In this document: positions 41,801-51,674 of the stretch, piece after piece
Layout of the letters: every line of letters begins with the position of its first letter
How positions within the stretch are numbered: the stretch's first letter is position 1
Assembly: GCA_963825135.1 (NCBI GenBank)
Contig: CAWGRW010000009.1
Coordinates: forward strand, 2,723,248-2,787,247
DNA: 64,000 nucleotides
From: an uncultured bacterium
GTDB taxonomy: Bacteria; Desulfobacterota_D; UBA1144; Nemesobacterales; UBA2774
Reading direction: 5' to 3'
Position numbers and translations under genes: made by a program
Notes under the pieces: generated by a model
What the model was told of the DNA's origin: nothing
The model's input: only the letters and a program-made list of their open reading frames with translations
Databases searched by the model: none

Positions 41801-42364
41801 GCATACGGGATAATAAAGGACCACGGAGGACATATACACGTGGAAAGCGAGACCGGCAGGGGCTGCAAATTCATCGTCTACCTGCCCGCGATCCCGATGA
41901 AAACAGAACAGGAATCGAAAGCTTATGAGGACATAAACGCCGAAACCGTCACAGGCGGGACAGTGCTCGTCGTGGACGACGAGCCCGCGGTGCTCGATAT
42001 AACGAGGGCCATACTCGAGCAATTCGGATACAAGGTGCTGACCGCGAACAACGGACACGAAGCGCTTGACGTCATAACGGACAGGAAAAAACATATAGAC
42101 GTCGCGATCGTAGATATGATAATGCCCGTCATCGGGGGCAAAACCGTTATCCGCTCTCTCAAGAGGAAGCGTCCTTCTCTCAAGATAATAAGCTCAAGCG
42201 GCTACCAGAAAGAGCACGAGCTCGTAAACATGGAGGATAATCCGCCGGACGCCTTCCTGAATAAACCCTATGACGCCGAGACGCTGATCCGGACGCTGGA
42301 CAAGGTGCTGCATAAGGAAGAGGCCGAGAGCGGCGCCGAGCTTCGCAACGACAGCGCGAGTTAG
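38843..42364 (+). CDS. Hybrid sensor histidine kinase PAS-GAF-GAF-PAS-PAS-HisKA-HATPase-REC
   Basis: AGGIAHDLNNIL, NARDAM, DTGSGI, FDPFFTTK, GTGLGL, VVDDE...D..MP. Start uncertain. Confidence 0.92.
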   Translation: MYISKGEVIHIEAASQFIPHDPDLRISTKIKYGETAIKTESYYGKKLFDFISACEQSVDDTNRILDCVDSEIYLFENRSLLFLHVNRPARENLGYSWDELKSLTPLDLMRDYTPESLANLLRKLHTGEEETAAYSTFHYRKDCTCYPVEVKLRVWSWSGIPAYLATALSATDRSITEARLKTTLDDLAKLNRYETVINVVTQAVHKTIDPHMVMENAVDALSRNMDAVNNICIYLREGWEAVMHAHRGYPEWFVERVKTIPFPKGFTWKTLIDGRMIYVADTEKDTVIGQAGRELGTKSYLSIPLKSDDETVGAIVINSDKKYAFGPDELRVLEIVSRQIEIAIHNAKYAESLVLSEKALKENIMRLSKKEKYERIINTVSKSVHSTVNLKDVMENAVKTLEENIEHADLVQIHMVEGDFAVLQSQRGVPDSLLNVVKKLPYPKGLTWKTIIEGKTRFVPDTDTDTAIGPAGKEAGIKSYVALPINIGDKTIGCIGINSFDKNVFFEDELNLLEIIREQMETAILNAKHVEALVLSEERYQTLTEVAPIGIFRSDTEGRGVYVNNKLCEITGITKAEAYSDGWIDRLHPDDREYVVSRWTEAVATRREFNEEYRFVSRDGDTVWVIAQAQEERGIQGEFKGYVGTLTDITDRKLSEDKIRFQASLLEQVRNSVIATDLEGNIIYWNKYAEELYQWKEEEVRGMHIIEAVVPESSEGKVMDIMKSAASPGHWEGDLVAKRKDGTTFPVYLVLSAIKDDRGRVFGRVGVAADITERKMLEARLLRAQRLESIGILAGGIAHDLNNILQPILLSVQLLKPGISGKKHERVLNVVESSAERGADLIKQVLSFARGAESAKQTLNIKYLISDVLKIMKETFPKSIQIKTYTDGEIRNITGDFTQLHQVMLNICVNARDAMPAGGDLLISTRTMTASYDGTRTDYDIEPGEYVEITITDTGSGIPADVIDKIFDPFFTTKEVDKGTGLGLSTAYGIIKDHGGHIHVESETGRGCKFIVYLPAIPMKTEQESKAYEDINAETVTGGTVLVVDDEPAVLDITRAILEQFGYKVLTANNGHEALDVITDRKKHIDVAIVDMIMPVIGGKTVIRSLKRKRPSLKIISSSGYQKEHELVNMEDNPPDAFLNKPYDAETLIRTLDKVLHKEEAESGAELRNDSAS

Positions 42365-42452
42365 GCCGGGAATGGGCGTCCCTTCGGCCGTTTCGACGGC
42401 ACACTTCGTGTGCGCTAAGACGGAAGAAATGAAAACTAAATCCTCCCCGACC

Positions 42453-42544
42453 TTTTGGGCTTTAGCAGCATGAGACAGAAGTTGAATTTACGTAGGCATC
42501 TTGTTCGACATGACATCTACAGTACTTACGTTGCTCAGAATCGT
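42453..42544 (+). mobile_element. Degenerate ~91 bp insert, copy D, splitting an aaatcctccc...aaggaggg palindrome
   Basis: Ends ttttgggcttt and gctcagaatcgt match copies A-E; middle diverged; flanks rejoin to match the 28990 palindrome. Confidence 0.45.
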
Positions 42545-42772
42545 CCTTTACAAAGGAGGGAATTGAAATCAAACAGATTAGATTTCTCGCTCAGGCGAGA
42601 AATGAGAGAATAATGATCGAGCAAGTAGCTTCGTACAAGACTACTAAGGCATTGAAGTGACTTAAGCGATTCTTGCTCATAAGATTGCTGCGCAGCGTCG
42701 AATGACTTGGAAGGTAAGGTACACCCATTCTAGTTCCCCAAGCCGTGGAGGAGGAATGAAAAAATCGACAAA

Positions 42773-42863
42773 CGAGCGCGGGTCGTCGCTGACATAGCGA
42801 AATTACCGCGGTCGCTGAATTAGGCAGAGGAGGTACGGTAGAATCGTAAAACGAGCGCAGATT
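42773..42863 (+). repeat. ~90 bp dispersed repeat, family 2, copy 3
   Basis: gtcg.cgc.gacat..cgaaatt.ccgc...gaatcgtaaaacgagcgcag. Confidence 0.6.
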
Positions 42864-42871
42864 GTGTGCCG

Positions 42872-45671
42872 CTAGCCGGTGTTCTTGAGTCCGGCGGATA
42901 TGCCGTTTATGCTGAGCTTTATGTTGTCGGTGAGCGCCGTCATTTCTTCGGGGGTGAAGTCGCCCTTATACAGACGCCTGAGAAGCCCCACCTGGATGTA
43001 GCTGAGGGAATCGATGTACGGGTTACGGAGCTCGATCGATTTCTGCAGGAACGGATTATTGTCGAGTATGCGCTTCTGGCCCGTTATCTTGAGAATCACA
43101 CGGGACGTGAGATCGTATTCCTCCCTTATACGCGCAAATATCCTCTTCCCGACCTCTCTCGGGCGGACGAGGAACGAGTATTCGAGCGCGATCCACATGT
43201 CGGCCCGGCTGAGGGTCATCTGTATGTTGTCTATATGAGACCTGAAGAACCTCCAGCCCGAGTACATCTCACGAAGGAGCGCGAGGTTCCCGCGGGGGTT
43301 TTTGCGTATGAAGGAATCGAGCGCCGTGCCGACGGAATAAAAACCCGTGATCAGGTGGCGGTTCTGGGTCCAGCTGAAGACCCAGGGTATGGCGCGGAGG
43401 TCTTCTATGCGCCTCGACTTTTTTCTCCTCGCCGGACGCGAGCCTATGCCCATCTGCTGGATCACGGAAATGGGCGTGGACATATCGAAGTATGTATAGA
43501 AATCGGGGTCTTCGTACACGAGCGCCCTCCAGGCGGCCCTCGCCTGAGACGCTATCCCGTCCATAGCCTCCTCCCACACGGGCTTCACGTCCTCTCCGGT
43601 GAGGCTCGTGAGCACGACTGAGGACAGGACGAGCTCCAGATTATCCTCCGCAATCTCGGGGTTCGAGTAGTTGCTGTATATGACCTCCCCCTGCTCGGTT
43701 ATCTTTATCGCGCCCTCGACCGTGCCCGGCGGGACGGGCGAGTATGGCTTGATTCGTAGGCCCCCCTCCCCTGCTCACCGTGCCGCCCCTGCCGTGGAAA
43801 AACTTGTTCCTTATCCCGAACGAGTCGGAGACGTCCTTGAGCGTCGTCTGGGCCTTGTGTATCTCCCACCCGGCCGAGAGTATGCCGCCGTCCTTCCCGC
43901 TGTCGGAGTAGCCTATCATTATCTCGGAGAGGTCCCCCCTCGCCCTTATGTGCTCCCTGTAGACGGGGTTCGAGAATAGCTCCGTCATAATGCCGGGCGC
44001 GTTTCTGAAATCCTCTATGGTCTCGAAGAGGGGGACTATGCCGAGCCTGCTCGTGACGGCGCCCATGTCGGGCTTGTAGAGGCCCGCCTCCTTCGCGAGC
44101 AGCAGCACCTCCATTACGTTTGAGGCGCTGCGGGTCATGCTTATCACGTACGTATCTATGCACTCGGGGCTTATTTCGTCGAGGCACTCCGTTATAGTGC
44201 GGAACGTGAGGAGGAGCTCTTTAGTCTCGTCCGATAACGGGAGCCAGCCGGGCACGAGGGGGCGCGGGTTCGTTATCTCGGCCGTGAGCCACGCGAGCTT
44301 TTCAGGTCCGCTCATACGGCCGTAGGGAGGAAGACCGAGCCTCTCGGTTATCTCGTTGACCGCGCTCTCGTGTACGGCGCTGTTCTGGCGGACGTCGAGC
44401 TTCGCCATGTGGAACCCGAAGACCTCGACCTGCCTGATGAGCTTTCCGAGGATGGAGTCCGCGATGTGCCCTCCCCTGTTCTCGCGGAGGCTCCTGTCGA
44501 TAATGTAGAGGTCGCGGAGGAGCTCGTCCTTCCCCGCGTATGGGGGGACGCCGCTTGCGCCGCCGCCCTCGACGGCGTCGAGCGCCGCGCGGAGCCTCCC
44601 GTCCATGTACTCGAGCATCAGCCTGTAATACTCCTCCGGGTTATGAAGCCCGTGCGCCTCCGAGAGCTCTCTCACTTCCTTCGTTACGTACGACGCGACC
44701 TCGCCGCTCGCGGGGATTATTTTTACGGAGGAGCTAAGCTGCCTCTTCAGGCGCTCCATTTTCTCTATGTGCTTTTCGAGCGCGAGGGCCTTCTGTATTT
44801 TAAGGACCTCCCTCGTTATTTCGTGGGTGACGAAAGGGTTGCCGTCCCTGTCGCCGCCCACCCATGAGCCGAACTTCAGGAAAGGCGGCACTCTCGCGTC
44901 CTTTAACCCGTAATTCTCGATTATCTTCTTTTCGAATTTTTCGTATATCCTGACGAGCGCGCCGAATATTATCTCCCTGAAGTAGTAGTGTATGTTACGG
45001 GCCTCGTCGAGCGGGGTTATCTTGTAGGGGGGCACTTCCTCCGTCTGCCAGAGCCCTTCGAGCTCGGCGTGTATCTCGTCCTCCATGTCCCTTTTTTCAT
45101 CCGCGCTCAGCCCGGGGTTTTCCATGTTCCCCAGGTGGGAGGAGATGCGCCTGAATTTCTCGAGGACAATGTGCCTGTTCACCTCCGTAGGGTGCGCGGT
45201 GAGGACGAGCTCTATAGACATTTTGTCGAGGAGGGCCTTGAATTCGCCGTACGATACGCCCTCCTTTCCCAGAACCTCGAAGAGGTTATCGATCGAGCCC
45301 TCGCTCGAGTCCCTCACGTCGGATATGTACTTGTATTCGCGCCTCCGCCTTATCCTGTGTATCTGCTCGGCGATGTTGACGAGCTTGAAATAGACCGTGA
45401 AGGCGCGGGTGACCTTGTAGAGGTCATTATCGGAGAGGCTTCTTATAGTCGCGACGAGGTCGTCCTTCTGGCTCTTCTGATAACGACGCCTCATCTCTTT
45501 CGTGAGCGCCCTTATTTTCTCCTCGACGTCGAATATCCCCACCCCTTCCTGCTCCTTTATTACGGTCCCGAGGATGTTGCCGAGGAAGCGGACGTCGTTC
45601 CGGAGCGGCTTTTCCTTGTCGGTTTTGGCCGGTTTGGGCCGGCTTACGGTCTTCGTTTTCTGATGAGCCAT
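42872..45671 (-). pseudogene. ppc: Phosphoenolpyruvate carboxylase, +1 frameshift near 43735 (probably an assembly indel)
   Basis: VLTAHPTE, GSWVGGDRDGNP, MIGYSDSGKDGG, FHGRGGTVSRGGGP, LRAIPWVFSWTQ, GLKNTG; TEQGE motif restored by removing one base. Confidence 0.93.
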
Positions 45672-45796
45672 TATTAGGAGTCTCCTCGACGCATATAAAT
45701 CATATCTCAAATACGGGCGGCAGACCACAGAACGCGGCCGCGGCATCCCTCAAAACCGGCCGAATAAAGTGCGTGTTACAAAATACTTACCAAAAC

Positions 45797-45812
45797 ATTA
45801 CATTTTTGTAAT
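45797..45812 (+). promoter_or_regulatory. Cop/Cus-box-like operator 1
   Basis: ATTACA-TTTT-TGTAAT palindrome. Confidence 0.6.
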
Positions 45813-45916
45813 AATCGGTTTTGAGCGCATCAGACGATAGATTGAACATTACTAATAAAGTAGAATCATGCGGAGAGGCATTCGGAAGGCGTTAAATCGT
45901 CCGAATTACGGCGTGC

Positions 45917-47269
45917 ATGCCCAAGCGCGGTGACAACACGGTAATGAACATGGACGGGAGGCTGTTATCCCTGGTAACGGTGCTGATCTCGATCCTCTGC
46001 GCCGCGCACGAAGCCGGGGGGCAGGAATTCGTCAGAGGGGGTTTCAACCCGGACGACCCCCCTGAGGCCAATATAAGGCTCCTCCCCTATCTCTCCTTCG
46101 GCGCGCAGCTCGAGTTCGAATACCAGTATCAGCGAAACGCCGACCTCGATACCGGAAACGACGAGGACTTTACGACGCTTGAGCCCGCGCTCGTCATGGC
46201 GGTCTCTTTCGATCCGAGCAAATATTTTCAGGCCTATCTCGACATGAAGCTCGCGGGCGAGTTCGAGTACGCGGACGGCAGTACGACAAAGGACAGGGCG
46301 ACGCTCGAGGTCGAGCTCGCGTACATACTGCTGAAGGAGCTATGGAACGACAGGGTCGCGTTCCAGATCGGGAGGCAGAGGTTCGAGGACGAGCGCCAGT
46401 GGCTCTTCGACGACGAGCTCGACGGGGCGAGGGCTTTTCTTTATTTCTACGGCATCGACGCCGAATTCTCGGTCACGCGCGGAGGCATACTGGACAAGGA
46501 TTTAATCAATAAAGACGCGGGGGACAAGACCAACAATTACATCACGTACTGGACATATAATTTCTCCGAAGATACGAATATCGCGGCCTACTTCGTATTC
46601 CGCGACGATACGGAGGATAAGGAAGATAGCGCGGTTACCGTGGGCGTCCACTCGGACGGGGACTTTACCGACACCCTCGGCTACTGGCTAGAGCTCGCGT
46701 ACGCGTTCGGGACGAACGACGGCAGCGACATCAACGGGATAGGCCTCGATGCGGGCTCGACGTACGTCGTATATCCGAAGCTCGAGCCTTCTGTAACGCT
46801 CGCATACGCGTTTGCCGGGAAGAACTTCATGCAGACCGGGCTTCAGGGGAACGAAAGCGACTTCAACGGGGCCGCGGATTTTCTTTATTACGGACAGCTC
46901 TTTGACCCCGAGCTCAACAACATGTCGATCTTTACCGCGGGGGTCGGGATCAATCCGACAGAGGAGACATCATCGATCGACCTCGTCTATCACTACTACG
47001 TTCAGACGGAGGCCAGGGACAATCTAGTACATACCGGTATCGACGCGGAGCCCGACGGGAAGAACAAAAGCCTCGGCAGCGAGATCGACCTCGTGCTCGG
47101 ATACGAGGGGGAGGAGAACGGGTTCTCGGCCGCGCTCGTGCTCGGTTATTTCATTCCCGGAAGCGCGTTTGCGTCCGACGCCGGAAACAGCTTTCTCGCG
47201 AACCTCACGCTCGAATACAGGTTCCAGGGAAGGGCGGAAAGGGACGAGGGGGAAAGAGACGGGGAATGA
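45917..47269 (+). CDS. Alginate-export-family outer-membrane beta-barrel
   Basis: Signal peptide; IGRQ.F.D.R.W..D..LDG.R, LG.EIDL, GYF.PG.AF. Confidence 0.8.
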   Translation: MPKRGDNTVMNMDGRLLSLVTVLISILCAAHEAGGQEFVRGGFNPDDPPEANIRLLPYLSFGAQLEFEYQYQRNADLDTGNDEDFTTLEPALVMAVSFDPSKYFQAYLDMKLAGEFEYADGSTTKDRATLEVELAYILLKELWNDRVAFQIGRQRFEDERQWLFDDELDGARAFLYFYGIDAEFSVTRGGILDKDLINKDAGDKTNNYITYWTYNFSEDTNIAAYFVFRDDTEDKEDSAVTVGVHSDGDFTDTLGYWLELAYAFGTNDGSDINGIGLDAGSTYVVYPKLEPSVTLAYAFAGKNFMQTGLQGNESDFNGAADFLYYGQLFDPELNNMSIFTAGVGINPTEETSSIDLVYHYYVQTEARDNLVHTGIDAEPDGKNKSLGSEIDLVLGYEGEENGFSAALVLGYFIPGSAFASDAGNSFLANLTLEYRFQGRAERDEGERDGE

Positions 47270-47308
47270 TTTATAATTTATATACAGGGCTCAAGGGATA
47301 AGCAGGCC

Positions 47309-47983
47309 ATGCGCGTATTAGTCGTGGAAGACGATAAAAAGATAGCGTCGTTCGTAATGAACGGTCTGAGACAGGCGGGGTTCGCCGTAGACCACGCCGG
47401 GGACGGCGAGGAGGGCGCGCACCTCGCCATGCACGAGCCCTACGACGCGGCCGTCATCGACATCATGCTCCCGAGGCTCGACGGCCTGAGCTTGATAGAT
47501 GAGCTCAGGCGGAGCGGCGTGAAGACCCCTGTACTCATACTGAGCGCGAGGCGCACCGTAGACGACAGGGTGAAGGGGCTCGAGGCGGGAGGGGACGATT
47601 ACCTGACGAAGCCCTTCGCGTTCTCCGAGCTCCTCGCGCGCGTACAGGCGCTCATCAGACGCTCGTCGGGCTCGACCGGGGCCACGTTCATCAAGACCGG
47701 CGGGCTGTCGATGGACCTCCTCACGAGGAGGGTCGTGAGAGAGGGCGTAGAGATAGAGCTTCAGCCCAAGGAATTCTCTCTCCTGGAATACTTCATGAGG
47801 AACGAGGGCAGGGTCGTCTCCAAGACGCTCATAATGGAGCACATATACGATTATAACTTCGACCCCCAGACGAACGTGGTCGACGTGCTCGTGTGCAGGC
47901 TGAGAAATAAGCTCGACAAGGACTTCGATAAGAAGATGATCCAGACCATAAGGGGCGTGGGCTATGTTCTTAAGGAATCCTAG
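47309..47983 (+). CDS. OmpR-family response regulator (CusR/CopR-like)
   Basis: VVEDD, DIMLP, GGDDYLTKPFAF.EL.AR, NFDP.TNVVDV...RLR.K.D. Confidence 0.92.
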   Translation: MRVLVVEDDKKIASFVMNGLRQAGFAVDHAGDGEEGAHLAMHEPYDAAVIDIMLPRLDGLSLIDELRRSGVKTPVLILSARRTVDDRVKGLEAGGDDYLTKPFAFSELLARVQALIRRSSGSTGATFIKTGGLSMDLLTRRVVREGVEIELQPKEFSLLEYFMRNEGRVVSKTLIMEHIYDYNFDPQTNVVDVLVCRLRNKLDKDFDKKMIQTIRGVGYVLKES

Positions 47984-49346
47984 GCTCCTCTTCAAGTCGA
48001 GCAGCTTCAGGCTCATGACGTGGTACACGGTCCTGTTCGTCCTGAGCTCGCTCGCGATCAATATCTACATTTATTCCGTGATCTCGTCCTATATCTACGA
48101 GCAGAGCAGGAGCGAAATCGGGACGGACCTCAGGGACCTGGCTGTAATCTACGAGGAAGAGGGCATGGACGCCTTCCGCAAGGAGGTATTCGACGACCCG
48201 GACGACCCCTTCCTCGCGCGCCTCGCAGGGGCCGGGGGCGAGACGGTCATTTTGAGGGTCCCGGAGGGCTGGGAGGAATTCGACCCGGACGCGCTGCCGA
48301 AAACAGCCGCCGCGGGCGGCGCGGGGTGGACGCATCTGAAAGAAGGGGAGGAGGACGAAATCGAGGTGAGATCCATGAGACTCCGGGACGGGTCTCTGCT
48401 CCAGATGGGGCAGACGATAGACGAGCGCGAGGACCTGTTGAGGAGGATACGGAACGACTTTCTCTTCGCGATCCTGCCCGTAATCCTTATCGCGTACCTG
48501 GGGGGGCTCTTCGTGGCCGACCGCGCGCTTAACCCCATAAGGCAGCTCATCAACACGCTCAACTCCATAGTCTCGAAGACCAAGATAGACATGAGAGTGC
48601 CCGTACGGAACGAGGACAAGCTCAACGACGAGATCATCTCGCTCTTCAATACGATGCTCGACAAGATAGAGACGCTGATGAACGGAATGAGGAACGTGCT
48701 CGACAACGTCGCCCACGACCTCAGGACGCCGATGACGAGGCTCCGGGGGACGGCTGAGATGGCGCTCGAATCGGGGCAGGACGGGGACGCGCTCAGGGAA
48801 GCCCTCTCCGACTGTATAGAGGAGTCAGAGCGCATACTCATAATGCTCAACACCCTGATGGACGTATCCGAGGCCGAGACCGGGGCCATGAAGCTAAACC
48901 TCGAGGAGATGAACGTCGCGCCGGTCATCGGGGACGTCGTCGACCTCTACGGATACGTGGCCGAGGAGAAAGGGGTTTCGGTGCACGCGGGATTTCCCGA
49001 AGAGCTTTACCTCACCGCCGACCGGAGCAGGATACGGCAGGTCCTGGCAAACCTGCTCGATAACGCGATCAAATACACCCCTTCGGGCGGCAGGATAGAC
49101 ATAGGGGCCAGTCTCGGGGAAAACGAGGTCGAGATCACCGTCAAGGATACGGGCGTCGGCATCTCGGACGACGAGCTCGACAACATATGGGACCGTCTCT
49201 ACAGGGGCGACAAGAGCCGCTCGCAGAGGGGGCTCGGCCTGGGACTGAGTCTCGTGAAGGCCGTAGTCGGGGCCCACAGGGGACACGTCGAGGTATCGAG
49301 CAAGCCCGGCGCGGGCTCCGTATTTTCCGTTTATCTCCCTCTTTGA
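47964..49346 (+). CDS. HAMP sensor histidine kinase (CusS/CopS-like)
   Basis: Two TM helices, AHDLRTP, NLLDNAIKYT, DTGVGI, GLGLGLS. Confidence 0.92.
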   Translation: MFLRNPRLLFKSSSFRLMTWYTVLFVLSSLAINIYIYSVISSYIYEQSRSEIGTDLRDLAVIYEEEGMDAFRKEVFDDPDDPFLARLAGAGGETVILRVPEGWEEFDPDALPKTAAAGGAGWTHLKEGEEDEIEVRSMRLRDGSLLQMGQTIDEREDLLRRIRNDFLFAILPVILIAYLGGLFVADRALNPIRQLINTLNSIVSKTKIDMRVPVRNEDKLNDEIISLFNTMLDKIETLMNGMRNVLDNVAHDLRTPMTRLRGTAEMALESGQDGDALREALSDCIEESERILIMLNTLMDVSEAETGAMKLNLEEMNVAPVIGDVVDLYGYVAEEKGVSVHAGFPEELYLTADRSRIRQVLANLLDNAIKYTPSGGRIDIGASLGENEVEITVKDTGVGISDDELDNIWDRLYRGDKSRSQRGLGLGLSLVKAVVGAHRGHVEVSSKPGAGSVFSVYLPL

Positions 49347-49382
49347 TTTACCCGCATAAATAGCCGCATCATAAATCCCAAC

Positions 49383-49398
49383 CTTACGAAACCGTAAT
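49383..49398 (+). promoter_or_regulatory. Cop/Cus-box-like operator 2
   Basis: CTTACG-AAAC-CGTAAT followed by g....cggaaat. Confidence 0.6.
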
Positions 49399-49467
49399 GC
49401 GCCGGAAATATTCCGGCAACCCTGTACTGATACGATGTTATTAAAATCCAGATTCAGGAGGTGCCGT

Positions 49468-50292
49468 ATGAGAAGCATAAAAGGGTTTTCAGGGTTTGTC
49501 GCGAAGGGTACGGAAACGCGGGGCAGCCTGCTCTTCTCCGCCTTCTTCCTCACCGCGATGATATTGCTCGGCATGACGGCGTTCGGTCCGGAGCGCGCCG
49601 CGGCGAAGAAGAAAGAAGCGGTCCCGTTCGAGGAGGCGAAGATGCGGATAGAGTTGAATTCGACAGCCGGGGACGCCGGCCTTCAATTCGAACTCGACGC
49701 GGACCCGTGGAGGATGCTCGAGATCGAGGACCCGAAAGGGCACACGATCTTCTCCGTCAGGAGCCTCGGGAAATTAAAGGCGCTCGGTAATACGGAGCTG
49801 TTCACGGAGAGTAACGAGCCCCCCTTCGACGAGCTCCCGCTGAAGGAGCTCCTCAAGATGTTCCCAAAGGGAAACTACGAGTTTAGCGGAATTACAATAG
49901 ACGGGGAAGAGCTCGAAGGGGTAGCCGCGTTCACGCACAATATGCCGTGCGGGCCCGAGATCACGTCTCCCGGAGACGGCGATACGCTCGACCCGGACCT
50001 GGACGTCGTAATCGAATGGGAACCTGTCACGCACAAGATCGACACGGGCTCGAAAATGGGCGATTGCAGTAATTCGACGGATATAGATATCGTAGCCTAC
50101 GAGGTTATAGTCGAGCTTGACGGAGCAGACCCCGCAAAGAGCTTCGACATTTTCCTTCCCGCCGACGCCGCGCAGGTTACAGTCCCCGCGGAATTCATCG
50201 TGCCCGTCGCGGTGTACAAGTTCGAGGTGCTCGCCATAGAGGCGGGCGGAAACCAGACCATATCCGAGGGTTTCTTTATGACGTCGAGTTAA
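49468..50292 (+). CDS. Secreted hypothetical protein (beta-sandwich/FN3-like C-terminus)
   Basis: AGGAGGT RBS, signal region, IE.N.T.GD.GLQ, ELF.ESNEP, YKFEVLAIE.GGNQT. Confidence 0.75.
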   Translation: MRSIKGFSGFVAKGTETRGSLLFSAFFLTAMILLGMTAFGPERAAAKKKEAVPFEEAKMRIELNSTAGDAGLQFELDADPWRMLEIEDPKGHTIFSVRSLGKLKALGNTELFTESNEPPFDELPLKELLKMFPKGNYEFSGITIDGEELEGVAAFTHNMPCGPEITSPGDGDTLDPDLDVVIEWEPVTHKIDTGSKMGDCSNSTDIDIVAYEVIVELDGADPAKSFDIFLPADAAQVTVPAEFIVPVAVYKFEVLAIEAGGNQTISEGFFMTSS

Positions 50293-50548
50293 CACCCGGC
50301 ACATACGTCCGGACGTATTTCAGGGACTCCTCCCGGCGTAGCCCCCAGGGCTATGAGGAATGCGGGGGGAGTCCCGCACGAATGCACGGATTTAAATCAA
50401 AATCACCCTCATCCCTCATTACCTGCACCCGCCCTGTTCCTGACAAGTATCGGCGAACGGGGCGGGTTACTTTTGCTCTGGCCGGACTTCCATCCGGAAT
50501 GACAACTTCTTATTTAAATGAAATTAAGAAAATCTGAGACCCCGAATA

Positions 50549-50636
50549 TTTTGGCTTGATAAACGAATAAGCGGAGAATAGTTACATCATTGGATTCAGC
50601 CAACGGCATCCGTTTCTTGCACACGCTCAGAAACGT
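50549..50636 (+). mobile_element. ~88 bp structured insert, copy E, inside gagaccccgaa...ttcagggtgac
   Basis: Hairpin cgtttct/agaaacg 50611-50635; long-range ttggct/agccaa. Confidence 0.6.
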
Positions 50637-50758
50637 AATTCAGGGTGACTAAATTTAATTGACGGAAAGTAACACCCCCATCCTACCCTTCCCCCCTCAA
50701 GGGGGAAGGAATCAATAAAAAGGACGAACTGATATTTAGTTATAACTGTGATCCGAAC

Positions 50759-50774
50759 CTTACAGACTTGTAAT
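50759..50774 (+). promoter_or_regulatory. Cop/Cus-box-like operator 3
   Basis: CTTACA-GACT-TGTAAT followed by g....cggaaat. Confidence 0.65.
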
Positions 50775-50847
50775 GTTTCGGAAATGGGCCCGCAACGTTC
50801 GTTCTATATCATAGTAGCAAATACGGCATCAGACAGGAGGTTACGAA

Positions 50848-51579
50848 ATGATCAGGAAGACAGGATTATCGGCTCTGATTTTGACCCTGGCGTTCCTCGC
50901 CATGGGCGGGTGCAGCGGAGGGGGCGGAGGCGGGAACGGCGGCGCATGCCCTGATACGAACATGGGGATCGAGGTATGCGACCCCGAAACCGGAGGCCCG
51001 TTCTCTCTCGTAATCGACAACGGGTTCTTTCCGTTAGTCGTCGGGAGCGAAACAGTGCTCGAAGGCACGGACGATGAAGGGGTATTCGTCCGGGTGGAAA
51101 CTACCGTGCCGGGAGATACCGAGATGATTGCGGGCGTAAACACCCGCGTCCTCGTCGAGACGGAGTTCCAGGACGGCGAGCTCTCCGAGATATCGAGCAA
51201 CTTTTTCGCGCAGGCCCCGGACGGGACTGTCTGTTACTTCGGCGAGGACGTGGACATATACGAGGACGGCGAGGTAGTAGCGCACGACGGGGCGTGGCGC
51301 GCCGGGGAAGGAGAGAACCTGCCGGGTATCGTGATGCCGGCTGACCCCGAGCCGGGGATGATATTCCTCCAGGAGTTCGCTCCGGGCGTAGCCGAAGACC
51401 AGTCTGAAATTATCGCGCTCGGGGAAACTATAGACGTACCTGCGGGTACGTTCGACGATACGCTCACGGCGGAAGACTGCGACGCTCTCGACGGATCGAT
51501 CGATACGAAAGTCTACATCAACGGCATAGGGCTCGCGATAGACGAATTCGCGGAGCTCATAGAATTTTCGGGTTTCTAG
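50848..51579 (+). CDS. Acidic lipoprotein, hypothetical
   Basis: Lipobox MGGC; IDN.FFPL, FAQ..DG.V.YFGE, GAWRAG; AGGAGG RBS. Confidence 0.78.
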   Translation: MIRKTGLSALILTLAFLAMGGCSGGGGGGNGGACPDTNMGIEVCDPETGGPFSLVIDNGFFPLVVGSETVLEGTDDEGVFVRVETTVPGDTEMIAGVNTRVLVETEFQDGELSEISSNFFAQAPDGTVCYFGEDVDIYEDGEVVAHDGAWRAGEGENLPGIVMPADPEPGMIFLQEFAPGVAEDQSEIIALGETIDVPAGTFDDTLTAEDCDALDGSIDTKVYINGIGLAIDEFAELIEFSGF

Positions 51580-51674
51580 GAAATAGAAATCAAAGGGGCG
51601 GGATTTATTGTCCCGATCCCCGCCCCTGTTGCTGCTATTCCATCATCTAACCGGGTTTACGGGCAATCGGCGCA

